Counted from the first letter of the stretch, positions 1 through 9,168 are shown. The stretch is DNA of 47,252 bases from Myxococcota bacterium (GCA_039028615.1 JBCCHT010000063.1:1-47252); one strand, 5' to 3'. The notes: a model not told the origin generated them from the letters alone. Numbers and translations are program-made.

Positions 1-464
1 CCGCCGCCAAGAAGAAGACCGCCGCCAAGAAGAAGACCGCCGCCAAGAAGAAGACCGCCGCCAAGAAGAAGACCGCCGCCAAGAAGAAGACCGCCGCCAA
101 GAAGAAGACCGCCGCCAAGAAGGGCCGAGTCTTCAGCATGCGGTTCGGAAAGGTGTACCCGCTCTACGTGCAGAAGGCCGAGAAGAAGGGCCGGACCAAG
201 CAAGAGGTCGACGAGATCATGGCTTGGCTGACGGGATACTCCGGCAAACAGCTGGCCAAGGTCGTCGCGGGGGATGTCGACGTGGAGACGTTCATCACCA
301 GCGCTCCCAAGTTCAACCCCAAAGCGAAGCTCATCACCGGGGTCGTGTGTGGCATCCGAGTCGAGAACGTGGAGGACCCACTCATGCGAAAGCTCCGGTA
401 CCTCGACAAGCTCATCGAAGAGCTCGCCCGCGGCAAGGACATGAACACCATCCTCCGCTCCTGA
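1..464 (+). CDS. DUF2200 family protein with N-terminal Lys/Ala-rich (AAKKKT)n repeat; 5' end outside window
   Basis: Frame is open from position 3 (AAKKKT x6, then [29 protein letters not shown]...WLTGY...[11 protein letters not shown]...[14 protein letters not shown]), matching the DUF2200 pattern as I recall it. Confidence 0.85.
   Translation, partial: AAKKKTAAKKKTAAKKKTAAKKKTAAKKKTAAKKKTAAKKGRVFSMRFGKVYPLYVQKAEKKGRTKQEVDEIMAWLTGYSGKQLAKVVAGDVDVETFITSAPKFNPKAKLITGVVCGIRVENVEDPLMRKLRYLDKLIEELARGKDMNTILRS
3..122 (+). repeat. 18-bp tandem repeat GCCGCCAAGAAGAAGACC (6 full copies plus a partial, truncated by the window edge)
   Basis: Read directly; encodes AAKKKT, histone H1-like. Confidence 0.95.
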
Positions 465-471
465 AACCAAC

Positions 472-495
472 CGGGCCCATCATGGGGTGGGCCCG
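472..495 (+). terminator. Stem-loop just after the DUF2200 stop (possible terminator or stabiliser)
   Basis: CGGGCCCATC-ATGG-GGTGGGCCCG, 10-bp stem with one G.U pair; no U-tail on the + strand. Confidence 0.35.
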
Positions 496-548
496 AACAA
501 AGCAGTGATCCGGCCGAAGGTCTCGTGGACCTCCGAAGGTGCGAGCAC

Positions 549-1991
549 ATGTCTCGCCTTCCGAGGTTCGCCATGCCCCGACGACTCCCCTTCGCCTTCT
601 CCATCGCGGCCTGCCTGGCCCTCGCTTGTTCTTCCGAGGCGCCGATCGACGCACAGCTCGATCCCCCGGACGCGGAAGAACCCGAAGATGCGGAGGAACC
701 GGACGCGATGGCCGTTCCGCGCTGCGAGTACCGCAATGCCTTTACGGGTGAGTCCGAATGCAAGGCGTACGTCGGCGAGGCGTGGACATCGGACGCCGCT
801 CGTACCGACTGCGAACGAGACATCCCGGGCGGCGGAGGCACCTACATCGAAGACGAAGGCCGCTGCGCGGTGGACCCCCTGTTGGGCCGGTGTGACAGCC
901 CTTCGGCCGAGGCGCTCGAGACATACATCTTGCTCGGCGGCGACGACCCCGGCTTGTGCACCAACGCCGAGCTCGCCTGCACCACCTTCGCAATGGGCGA
1001 GTTCACGCCGGGCCCGCCCTGCGAGGAAGCCACCGAGGACGACGATCACGTCGTCTTCATCTGGCCCTACGAGACCTGCAGCCCCCCCGTCGACGGCGAA
1101 CCGCCGGGCGAGCGCGATGGAGAAGTATGCGTTTGGGAGAGCATCAACGGCTGTGTCGAGGAGGGACGAGACTTTCGCGACTACGGCAGCTGCGAGGTGG
1201 TGCTCACCAACCGCCCCTACTACCCCGTGCCGGGAGCGGAGACGGCGGGCCCCGAAGACCCGCGCATGGACGACTCGGCCTACCGCGAAGAGCTGGCCTG
1301 GGTCACCACCCAGGTCGAAGCGTCGGCGTGCATCTGCTGCCACTCCGAACAATCGCCCCAGGGCCCGGCCATCTGGTCCGTGGACGGCCCCACGCTATGG
1401 CCCGACATGATGTCCGACCAGGCGATCGGCATGTTCGCGGGCTACGTGGACTCGAGCGCGCTGGGAGCCTATCCGCCCGAAGACAACAACGGCTTCGATC
1501 GGATCCACAGCGGCATGCCCTCGACCGACCCGATGCGTATGGTGGAGTTCTGGCTCGGCGAGTTCGAGCGACGAGGGCTGACGCCCGAGGACATGGAGGA
1601 CGTTCCGCCGATCGGGGCCGCGCTCCAGGAGCAGGTCGACTACGAGCTGCCGCCCTGCGAGGCCGGCGATGGCATCGATGCCGACGGCGTGGTCACGTGG
1701 GAGGACCCTCGACGCGCGCGCTACCTGTATGTGCTGGAGGAAGGCAGTCGGAACCCCGGCATCCCGCCCAACTTCGACATGCCGGAAGGCACCGTCTGGC
1801 GCATCGACGTACCGCATACCGGGCAAGGATTTCAGTCGGGGCTGACCTACGGATCGACGCCCGGGGACAGCTGGCAGCGCCTTCCTGCCGATGATGCTCC
1901 GCCGCCACTGGTCTCCGGGCGTCGCTACCACCTGTACGCGCTATACGACGTTGCGATCCCGATCGCCCGCTGTGTGTTCGAGGCCCCGTAG
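549..1991 (+). CDS. Cys-rich secreted lipoprotein with one CxxCH motif (possible monoheme c protein)
   Basis: Lipobox-like CLALAC, acidic linker, ACICCHSE motif; start could be 549 or 573. Confidence 0.7.
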   Translation: MSRLPRFAMPRRLPFAFSIAACLALACSSEAPIDAQLDPPDAEEPEDAEEPDAMAVPRCEYRNAFTGESECKAYVGEAWTSDAARTDCERDIPGGGGTYIEDEGRCAVDPLLGRCDSPSAEALETYILLGGDDPGLCTNAELACTTFAMGEFTPGPPCEEATEDDDHVVFIWPYETCSPPVDGEPPGERDGEVCVWESINGCVEEGRDFRDYGSCEVVLTNRPYYPVPGAETAGPEDPRMDDSAYREELAWVTTQVEASACICCHSEQSPQGPAIWSVDGPTLWPDMMSDQAIGMFAGYVDSSALGAYPPEDNNGFDRIHSGMPSTDPMRMVEFWLGEFERRGLTPEDMEDVPPIGAALQEQVDYELPPCEAGDGIDADGVVTWEDPRRARYLYVLEEGSRNPGIPPNFDMPEGTVWRIDVPHTGQGFQSGLTYGSTPGDSWQRLPADDAPPPLVSGRRYHLYALYDVAIPIARCVFEAP

Positions 1992-2065
1992 AGCCAGCCC
2001 ACCGATGGGATGAGTTCGGGGACGGGCCGGCCTCGAAACGCCTCGCGACTGCTACGCTCGCTGCC

Positions 2066-3541
2066 ATGTCGTGGCGACCGACTCGGCCCCTCGTCCCCCT
2101 CGTCTTGTCGTGGGCGCTGGGATGTGCGAGCGCACCGACCCCACACAACCCCGCTGCCACGCGACCGGGCTCCTCGTCCGCCGCCGAGACCCCGGCATCG
2201 CAACGCATCGACGACTACGTAGGGCAATTCGGACGGCACTGGGGCGAGGCCTTCCGATTCAACGGCTACGTGATGGTCGTCCGCGATGGCGAGGTGCTCT
2301 ACAGCAACGGCTTCGGACGCGCCGATGCAGCGGGGAGCCCCTTCGAGGCGACCACGGTCTTCCCCATCGCTTCCAACACCAAGGCATTCACGGCGGCGGC
2401 CATCCTGAAGCTCCAGGAGCGGCAGAAGCTCAGCGTCGAGGATCGGGTCGTGGACCATCTCCCCGACTACGAGGGCCCTGCCGCCGAGGTCACCATCCAC
2501 CAGTTGCTGACGCACACAGCGGGCCTGCCGAGCTATACGACCTTCCCCAAGTACTTCGAAACGCAGAGTCGGGAGCGGAGCGTAGAAGAGATCCTCGACC
2601 TGTTTCGTGCCCGCCCGCTGCTGTTTTCCCCGGGCGAGAGCTACACCTACAGCAACTCGGGCTACGCACTGCTCGGCGCCATCATCGAAGCGGCCTCGGG
2701 TTCGAGCTACGGTGAGTTTCTCGCCTCCGAGATCATTGCCTCCGCCGGCCTCCAGGACACGAGCTTCGTGCCGGCCGGGTATTGCCAGGATGAGCTGCCC
2801 GGCTACGCGTTGGGGGACGACGAGCGGCTGAAGCTCGACGACCAGAACACCCACATGTCCAATGGCTTCTCCGCAGGCGGCATTCGATCGACGGCGACGG
2901 ACCTGGCCGCTTGGGGTACCGCACTCTTGGATGGCCGCGTGTTGCAGGCGTCGTCCATGGAGGCGCTGTTCACCGCGGAGCGAGAGCACTACGCGTACGG
3001 GTGGGAGATCGGTGAACTGGCGGGGCAGCCCCTGTTCTGGCACGGCGGCGTGATCTGTGGATTCCAGAACCAGGTGGTGCTGCTTCCCGAGGAGAAGCTC
3101 GTGGTCGTGGCCTGGATCAACAATCGAGATTTCGCGCTCGATCCTCTCGTCCCTGGCGTGGTGTCGCTGGCGCTCGGCGAGGAACCTCTGCCCGTGGAAG
3201 AGCCGGCACTGGTCGAGCTGTCCGAAGCGCAACGGAAGCGCATCGCCGGCCAGTACCAGATCACGGACCAGGGCCGGACGGCCGCGATCGAGGCGGGCGC
3301 CCCCGAGACGTGGATCGATACGGTCTCGGCGCTGACCCTGGTGGACCGTGGAGGTGAGCTGTACGTCGAGAATCTGGGCGGGCTGTTGTCGGCGACCGAG
3401 GATGGGCCGCTAGTGGTTCGGAGCTGGCGAGTGTTCTTCACGTTCGAGCGCGACGACACCGACCGAATCACCGGGATGTGGATGCGGCAGGGCGACACCT
3501 CGATCGAGTATGACCGCGCCCCCGCAGCCGACGAGCCCTGA
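2066..3541 (+). CDS. Serine hydrolase, beta-lactamase/PBP class C family lipoprotein
   Basis: SNTK (SxxK), LLTHTAGL, YSNSGY (YxN) and HGG motifs; signal peptide ending ALGC. Confidence 0.9.
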   Translation: MSWRPTRPLVPLVLSWALGCASAPTPHNPAATRPGSSSAAETPASQRIDDYVGQFGRHWGEAFRFNGYVMVVRDGEVLYSNGFGRADAAGSPFEATTVFPIASNTKAFTAAAILKLQERQKLSVEDRVVDHLPDYEGPAAEVTIHQLLTHTAGLPSYTTFPKYFETQSRERSVEEILDLFRARPLLFSPGESYTYSNSGYALLGAIIEAASGSSYGEFLASEIIASAGLQDTSFVPAGYCQDELPGYALGDDERLKLDDQNTHMSNGFSAGGIRSTATDLAAWGTALLDGRVLQASSMEALFTAEREHYAYGWEIGELAGQPLFWHGGVICGFQNQVVLLPEEKLVVVAWINNRDFALDPLVPGVVSLALGEEPLPVEEPALVELSEAQRKRIAGQYQITDQGRTAAIEAGAPETWIDTVSALTLVDRGGELYVENLGGLLSATEDGPLVVRSWRVFFTFERDDTDRITGMWMRQGDTSIEYDRAPAADEP

Positions 3542-3551
3542 GCACCGCCCG

Positions 3552-3890
3552 CTACTCCTCGACCACCGCCCTCAGCCGCTCGATGGCTTCATCCCACTGC
3601 GCCGACGCCCGCGCCAAGTAGTCTCGAGCCCGCCGAATGGACTCGGGCCGAATCGAGAAGTGGCTCTCGCGACCCGAACGCTTGCGCGACACGACACCCG
3701 CTCGCTCCAACGTACGCAAGTGCTTCGTGACGCCTTGACGCGTCATGTCGAGGCCCTCGGCCAGCTGTGCGATCGAATGGCGTCTCCCGTCACTCAGGCG
3801 CGACACGAGCTCCAGGCGAGTGGCATCGCCGAGCGCCGCGAACACGTTCGCCGACGCAACCACGCTACGCGCCGTACTAGCTCTCGACAT
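3552..3890 (-). CDS. ArsR/SmtB family transcriptional regulator
   Basis: VFAALGDATRLELV...MTRQGVTKHLRTLERAGVV winged HTH; C-terminal W..A+.RL typical of ArsR-SRPBCC pairs. Confidence 0.9.
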   Translation of the reverse strand: MSRASTARSVVASANVFAALGDATRLELVSRLSDGRRHSIAQLAEGLDMTRQGVTKHLRTLERAGVVSRKRSGRESHFSIRPESIRRARDYLARASAQWDEAIERLRAVVEE

Positions 3891-4338
3891 GGGCAGCGAC
3901 GTTCACGGCCTGGATGTCCCAACCCTGCTCATTCGAACGCAGCACCTCGAGCCGCTTTGTCTCCGGGAAGTGCAAAAAGCCGGTCTCGGTGATGGTGAGG
4001 CGCGTCCCCGCCGCGGTGGGCTCCAGTCGGAACTCCACCATCACCTTCGCGTCCTCGGGATAGTCGGTATCGGGATCGACGGCGCTCGGCGGCCACGAGA
4101 ACGCAAACAGGCGCTCGTGCTCCATCGTTTCGGTGATCGACACCCATTGCATGTCCTCGTAGCCGGGCGCCGTGATGTTGCCGGTCGTGGTCGCTCCCAC
4201 CTCGAAGGGGTTGTCCAGCCGAACCCGAAACCACGCTCCGAACTCCTCGTGGTCGGTGATGGCCTTCCAAACCCGAGACACCGGGGCTGCGAGCTCGACG
4301 ATCTTCTCGATTCGATCTTGGTCCGCGCGGACGGTCAT
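3877..4338 (-). CDS. SRPBCC/AHSA1-like domain protein
   Basis: IEKIVELAAPVSRVWKAITD..EFGAWF...GTRLTITETGF...NEQGW; ATG at 4338 with a GAGGAGG RBS. Confidence 0.9.
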   Translation of the reverse strand: MTVRADQDRIEKIVELAAPVSRVWKAITDHEEFGAWFRVRLDNPFEVGATTTGNITAPGYEDMQWVSITETMEHERLFAFSWPPSAVDPDTDYPEDAKVMVEFRLEPTAAGTRLTITETGFLHFPETKRLEVLRSNEQGWDIQAVNVAAHVES

Positions 4339-4380
4339 GAGTGCACCTCCTCGTGCATCTTGACGCGTTTCGCCAAAAGA

Positions 4381-4396
4381 GCAACCATTTAGTTGC
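4381..4396. promoter_or_regulatory. Putative ArsR operator GCAAC-N6-GTTGC
   Basis: GCAACCATTTAGTTGC inverted repeat in the AT-rich gap about 43 bp upstream of the SRPBCC-ArsR operon. Confidence 0.6.
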
Positions 4397-4464
4397 ATTT
4401 AGTCTTCGGCCGGACCGGGCACGAGTCCCGATGACGAACCGGCGCCTGCTACAGTCCCCACCCG

Positions 4465-5199
4465 ATGACGGATTGGTCTCGACGACGAATTCTGAGCGCA
4501 GCCGCCGGCCTCCCGTTCTTGGGCTCGGGATGCGCCCTGTTCAACAGGGCGGTCGAGCCCGTGCGTGTGATGGGCGAGGCGAACATCGACGGCGCGGCCC
4601 CACTGGCCGCGGGAAGCATCGACGCCGTCGTGGAGATGACCGCACCGTGGGTCGCCTACGATGGTCGCTATGGCGGTGCCTCCGACGAGCACGATCGGAT
4701 CATCATCAAGCGATACGACAAGGACGCGCTGCGGATCGGTCCCACCCCTGGTGGCGCATGGACCGTGCAGACCTTCAATGTCGACGCCGGCCGTGACACG
4801 GGGATGCTGGCCGCCCACCCCGAGCTCGCTACGCCCGACTTCGTGGCTGCAGGTCCGGTGATGAAGGAGCTCCCGGACTACAAGGGCAATCGCACCGTCG
4901 TGTTCGCGGGCGGCAGCAAGGTGATGCTCCTGCAGATCAGCAGCTACTACGACTCCGAAGCGGTGGTCGACAAGCAAAAGGGCCGCGTGATCTTCCAGGG
5001 CGCCGACCTGTCCGCCCTCCTGGGCCCCAACCGCGATGGCTACCGCATGTTCGCGGAAGTCATGCAGGGGCTGAAGGTCCATGCGCTGCCGTGGACCGAC
5101 GCTGGCCCCGACATGTCGAAGCCCGGCTACACGCTCGAGGTCACCGCGTCCATCGGCGTGACGGCCACACTACGGCTCACCCGCCGCACGCTCGGCTGA
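4465..5199 (+). CDS. Hypothetical Tat-exported lipoprotein
   Basis: SRRRILS twin-arginine motif followed by a hydrophobic stretch and LGSGC lipobox. Confidence 0.7.
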   Translation: MTDWSRRRILSAAAGLPFLGSGCALFNRAVEPVRVMGEANIDGAAPLAAGSIDAVVEMTAPWVAYDGRYGGASDEHDRIIIKRYDKDALRIGPTPGGAWTVQTFNVDAGRDTGMLAAHPELATPDFVAAGPVMKELPDYKGNRTVVFAGGSKVMLLQISSYYDSEAVVDKQKGRVIFQGADLSALLGPNRDGYRMFAEVMQGLKVHALPWTDAGPDMSKPGYTLEVTASIGVTATLRLTRRTLG

Positions 5200-5291
5200 G
5201 CGTCGGTGGGTATGCTGAACGACGCGTTCATGATCGATTTTCGTGTGCTTCGCCCTTCGAGTCGACCGCCGATGTCGGTGCCGGGTCGAGC

Positions 5292-5822
5292 CTAAGCCCC
5301 GCTGGAGCGCATCTCGGGCACCAGATGGAATCGTATCGGTACGGCGGCCCGAGGATCCGTGCTCGCAAAGCCGAGCCGCTCGAGCAATCGAGCACTGCGT
5401 CGGTTGTCCGGGGCGCAATCTGCCTCGATGCGGCGAAGACCGAGGTCGTCGAAGGCATAGACAATCACGGCGGAGACGATCTCGTGCATCATCCCCTGCC
5501 CTTCGCAGGCCCCCGCGATGCCGTACCCCAGGCGGCAGTGGCCTTCGGCATCCGAGTGCATCGACGTCAACGCGACCGTCCCCACCACTGACTGCCCATC
5601 GGCGCTGAAACCGTAGAGCTTGCAGCTCGAACCGGCACGGAACTCCGCCCGGGCCCGATCGGATGCCTCGGCCCAGAGTTGCTCCTCGAGCATGGGGGAG
5701 GGAAGCGGCGGATCATAACGTTGACCGTTGGCCGACCAGTACTCGAGGAGTTTGGGCGCGTCGTCGCGCGCGCTCAGGCGGACGATGCACCGCGGAGTTC
5801 GGAGGCAGGGAAGGTCTTGCAT
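5292..5822 (-). CDS. RimJ/RimL-like GNAT N-acetyltransferase (last gene of the RiPP operon)
   Basis: LRTPRCIVR, CRLGYGI....EGQGMMHE, LGLRRIEADCAPDNRRSARLLERLGF; starts 18 bp after the upstream stop. Confidence 0.85.
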   Translation of the reverse strand: MQDLPCLRTPRCIVRLSARDDAPKLLEYWSANGQRYDPPLPSPMLEEQLWAEASDRARAEFRAGSSCKLYGFSADGQSVVGTVALTSMHSDAEGHCRLGYGIAGACEGQGMMHEIVSAVIVYAFDDLGLRRIEADCAPDNRRSARLLERLGFASTDPRAAVPIRFHLVPEMRSSGA

Positions 5823-5840
5823 GGCATTCGCCTTCGAGCG

Positions 5841-7910
5841 TCAACGGAAAGAGCCTAGCGCCGTCTTGTCCCGTGCGCTCCGTTCGGCGTCGGCGATGAA
5901 GCGATCGAGCACGCTGCGGTCCTCGAGGTGCGCGCGTATGCCCGAGATGACTCGCTCCAGGCGCTCTCGGTCGAGCGCCAGAGACCCGGCGCCGTCGCGA
6001 CTCGGTTGTGAGACAGAGCCGACGAACGCCTCGTCGGCGGCGAGCTGCTCGCCGAGCCAGGCCAGGAAGTCGCCTCCCGTCTGGCAGCCGGCGGCGAGGG
6101 TGAGGTGCAAGGAAGGCCCCTCGAGCGCGACGGGTCGGTGCCAGGTTTGCGCGGGTACGTACAGCGCATCGCCCTTCGACAGCCACACGTGACGGCTACT
6201 GGTGCCCGTGTTCCCGGCGTTGAGCTGGGCGAGCCGACGCTGTCGCTCGAGCGGCGAACGAATCGGCCCCGGGGCAAGCTCCCAGTACTTGCTGCCCTCG
6301 AGCTGGAGCACGAGGACATGGGTGTCGTCGAAGTGATAGTCGAGACCGGGTCCGCTCGCGCCAGGACTGTAATAGGCGTTGATATGGCAGCGGGTGCCGA
6401 ACACCTCGTGGAGCTGCCACAAAAGCGGCGCGAGGGTGGGATGACAGTGGTGGGCCGCGCTCAGGCGAAGGGTGGTCGTCCAGCCGTTGCTCGTACCATG
6501 ACGATGGGCCTGGTCCCAGCTCTCGGCCTCGTCCCAGCGTGGTGGGTACGGGCGGGTCGGCGGAGCCGGGGGCAAGTAGTTGCCTTGTTCGAACATCTCG
6601 ATGTGCGAGGTCCCGGCTTCGTGCGCGTAGGGGTGGCGCTCGTGGACCTCGCGAACGAGGCGGAGCAGCGTGTCGCCATCGAGTATCTCGGAAAACCGGC
6701 CGGAGTCGCCGCGGAGCACCAGGGCCTGGCGATCGGCGTAGTCTTCGAGGAAATCGGACAGCTCGAGCGGAGCCACGAGTTCATCCAAGCCGGTACCGGC
6801 AGGCCGAAGGGGTGCGGTCATCGTCGGCACGGAGACACTCGCTGCGATCCTCTTCGAGACTTCATCGCGGCGGTCATCGTCGATGAAGCGAGCGAGCGAC
6901 TCCGGGTCCATGTTCGGCTCGGCCCGGATCGGTTCGCCCGACAGCCGCAGGAGGCCCTCGGGGCGGTTCGCCCACGCACACAGCACAGCGGCACCCAAGG
7001 CGGCGGTCGTGTCGTCGGGTACGGTGACGGCAGCGCGCAGGTGCTGCTCCATGAACTCTCGCAGCCGGCGTGGTCGACACCCCGAGCCCACGATCAGCAG
7101 CGGAGTATCCGGTACGACCTGGCGAGCAGTTGCGGCCAACCGTTCGATGTCACGAGCCGCGACGTCGAGGGCCGCTCGCGTCAGCCCGGCTCGCTGCGCT
7201 CCGTCCGGGGACTGGCTACACAGGGCGACGCGCCAGTGGTAGTAGCCGTCGGCAAAGGACTCCTGCGAGTCATGACCCGCGAACGGCACCGCGCTCGCAG
7301 AGGCCGGGGCCTCCAGCTCCGACAAGTCAGTCTCGTACAGTTCGGCCAGCAGTTCCAGCAGCGTCGCCGGGCCGCTGTTGGGCTTTGCCGCCCCCGGGAG
7401 CGGATTGCCCCCCACGAGACTCGGTAGCCCAGCGCCGAGCCTCAACACGGCCTCGATCCGGTTGCCCGTGAAGCGATAGATCCCGATGCCGGCATCGACG
7501 ACGAGCACGCAGAGTTCAGCGTTGGGGACCCGAACCGCCGCAGCGGCTGCCATCGCGGCGAGCGGATCGGAGCTCGTCGACGTCTCCGCGGTCTCGACGA
7601 AGGCCTGGGCCTCGACGAAGCTGGACAACCCGCACCGCCGAGCATGGCTGATGCGTTGGGCCTCCGTCCATGTGCCTCGAGCCCGGACGACTCGACCAAC
7701 ACCAGCCCACGACTGAGCCGCCGGGTTCAGGGCGAGTCCGCTGGCCACCGCGCTGTACAGGCACAGGCCCTCGCGCTCGGGGCCCCGCGCAACGCCGGAT
7801 CGGCCGATCGCGAAGGCACCATCCCGGGGTCGGATCGCGATGCAGGTGCCGGGGAAACGCTCGGGGTCCACCCCCAAGAACACGGTGTCGGTGGGCTCGC
7901 TGGGGCTCAT
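5841..7910 (-). CDS. Fusion of a degenerate carbamoyltransferase-N (Kae1/ASKHA)-like domain and a JmjC/cupin_4 (ROXA/YcfD-like) 2OG-Fe(II) oxygenase
   Basis: C-terminal INAYYSP..GLDYHFDDTHVLVLQLEGSKYW...LSKGDALYVPAQTWH gives the HxD..H triad. N-terminal VFLGVD, VLVVDAG and VPDDTTAALGAAVL resemble the NodU/CmcH N-domain. ATGA overlap with the upstream gene at 7907-7910. Confidence 0.75.
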   Translation of the reverse strand: MSPSEPTDTVFLGVDPERFPGTCIAIRPRDGAFAIGRSGVARGPEREGLCLYSAVASGLALNPAAQSWAGVGRVVRARGTWTEAQRISHARRCGLSSFVEAQAFVETAETSTSSDPLAAMAAAAAVRVPNAELCVLVVDAGIGIYRFTGNRIEAVLRLGAGLPSLVGGNPLPGAAKPNSGPATLLELLAELYETDLSELEAPASASAVPFAGHDSQESFADGYYHWRVALCSQSPDGAQRAGLTRAALDVAARDIERLAATARQVVPDTPLLIVGSGCRPRRLREFMEQHLRAAVTVPDDTTAALGAAVLCAWANRPEGLLRLSGEPIRAEPNMDPESLARFIDDDRRDEVSKRIAASVSVPTMTAPLRPAGTGLDELVAPLELSDFLEDYADRQALVLRGDSGRFSEILDGDTLLRLVREVHERHPYAHEAGTSHIEMFEQGNYLPPAPPTRPYPPRWDEAESWDQAHRHGTSNGWTTTLRLSAAHHCHPTLAPLLWQLHEVFGTRCHINAYYSPGASGPGLDYHFDDTHVLVLQLEGSKYWELAPGPIRSPLERQRRLAQLNAGNTGTSSRHVWLSKGDALYVPAQTWHRPVALEGPSLHLTLAAGCQTGGDFLAWLGEQLAADEAFVGSVSQPSRDGAGSLALDRERLERVISGIRAHLEDRSVLDRFIADAERSARDKTALGSFR

Positions 7911-9151
7911 GCGTTCCTCCAATCGGCGGCGTACCAACCGAAGAAGTCGTAGGCGCGGTGACTACGGTCGAGGGTGAGGCGGACCGGCTGCATCTCGTTC
8001 TGAACCTCTCCCGCCGCCTCGACCAGGCCGCTGCACCACACCTCGGCGGGGCGATCGATGACGAACTCACCGCGGTAGCCGATTGCGATCCTGGCCTCCA
8101 CCGGACCTCGGGGCACGGCCGTTCCCTCGCCGACGAAGCCCTGGATGACCCCCTCGCTCGAGTCGATGTCGAACACGACCATCGGCCTGCGCTGTCCCTG
8201 CTCGTCTCGGATCTCCGAGCGATGCGGCAGGACGGGGGCACCCGATGACGCGGGTCGGGGTTCACCGCGGAGGCGATGGTCCAGGGCCAGCCGTTGCGAC
8301 GAGCGCATGGGGTAGTCGCAGCCCTTGCACGACGCGCGCTCCCGCAGCTTGCCGCCCAGGGCATCGCGGCGCAGCGACTTCATCGCAGGCCCGTTCCACA
8401 GCTCGGCGATCGATTGGTTCGCAAGCGAGCCAAAGGTCTCGTCGTGGGACCAATCTTGGCAGCACAGCAGGGCCTCCCCGTCCCAGCGCAGGGTCAGGGT
8501 CTCGACGGGGTAGCTGCAATAGCCGTAGTCCTCCTCGACCTGCTGCATCACTCGGTCATCGCCCTTCGTCCCCGCGCGAGTCGAGTAGGGCAGCAGCCGC
8601 ACCGAGTACCCTCGCTCGGACCAGTAGTGGCGAAAACGGTTGCCCGCTTCGACGTCGTCGGAGCCGACGACGGAAGACACGACGACCTGGCTGCGATCGC
8701 CCTCCCACGTCGTGAGAACCTCGTGGACCCGATCCCAGCGATCGCGGCCGTGGACCTGCAGGTAGCGTCGCTGGTCGGTGGCGTTGATCGACACCGTCAG
8801 CTGAAAGCGGGGGAAGGTCGCGAGTTCATCGAGGACCTCGTGACCGAGCCGGCTCCCGTTGGTGACCGTGGCGATGGCCTTGATGTTGTCGATGGCATGG
8901 GCCTGCCGCACGAAGTCGACGAAGCGCTTGTCGACCATCGGCTCGTTCTGGAGCATCAGGCACAGCGTCACCGTCTGCCCCGATTGCTCGATCTGCTCGA
9001 GGATGCCGCGATACAGCTCGTCGTCCATCCACGCGGCCTTGGTGTCGAGCGCGGTCGCGGGATACGGGCACATGCTGCACGCGTAGTTGCAGCGATTGTG
9101 CGTCTGAATCTGGATCCTCCGGGGGAAGGCCGAGCCGATTTCTTCGTGCAT
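7907..9151 (-). CDS. Radical SAM enzyme with SPASM/Twitch auxiliary cluster domain and about 130-aa C-terminal extension
   Basis: CNYACSMC (CxxxCxxC), NEP, TNGS; CSYP...DGEALLCCQDW...FGSL..QSIAELWNG...CKGC; ATG 9151 with a GAAGGA RBS. Confidence 0.9.
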   Translation of the reverse strand: MHEEIGSAFPRRIQIQTHNRCNYACSMCPYPATALDTKAAWMDDELYRGILEQIEQSGQTVTLCLMLQNEPMVDKRFVDFVRQAHAIDNIKAIATVTNGSRLGHEVLDELATFPRFQLTVSINATDQRRYLQVHGRDRWDRVHEVLTTWEGDRSQVVVSSVVGSDDVEAGNRFRHYWSERGYSVRLLPYSTRAGTKGDDRVMQQVEEDYGYCSYPVETLTLRWDGEALLCCQDWSHDETFGSLANQSIAELWNGPAMKSLRRDALGGKLRERASCKGCDYPMRSSQRLALDHRLRGEPRPASSGAPVLPHRSEIRDEQGQRRPMVVFDIDSSEGVIQGFVGEGTAVPRGPVEARIAIGYRGEFVIDRPAEVWCSGLVEAAGEVQNEMQPVRLTLDRSHRAYDFFGWYAADWRNA

Positions 9152-9168
9152 CGTAAGGGTCCTTCGGT

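Noticed and set aside
1..122. 18-bp repeats here and at 32377-32466 as possible CRISPR arrays
   Set aside because: They are head-to-tail with no spacers, in frame within coding regions, and no cas genes are present.
2066..3541. True beta-lactam resistance gene
   Set aside because: The motifs (HGG instead of KTG, C-terminal extension) fit the broad serine hydrolase/peptidase branch rather than AmpC.
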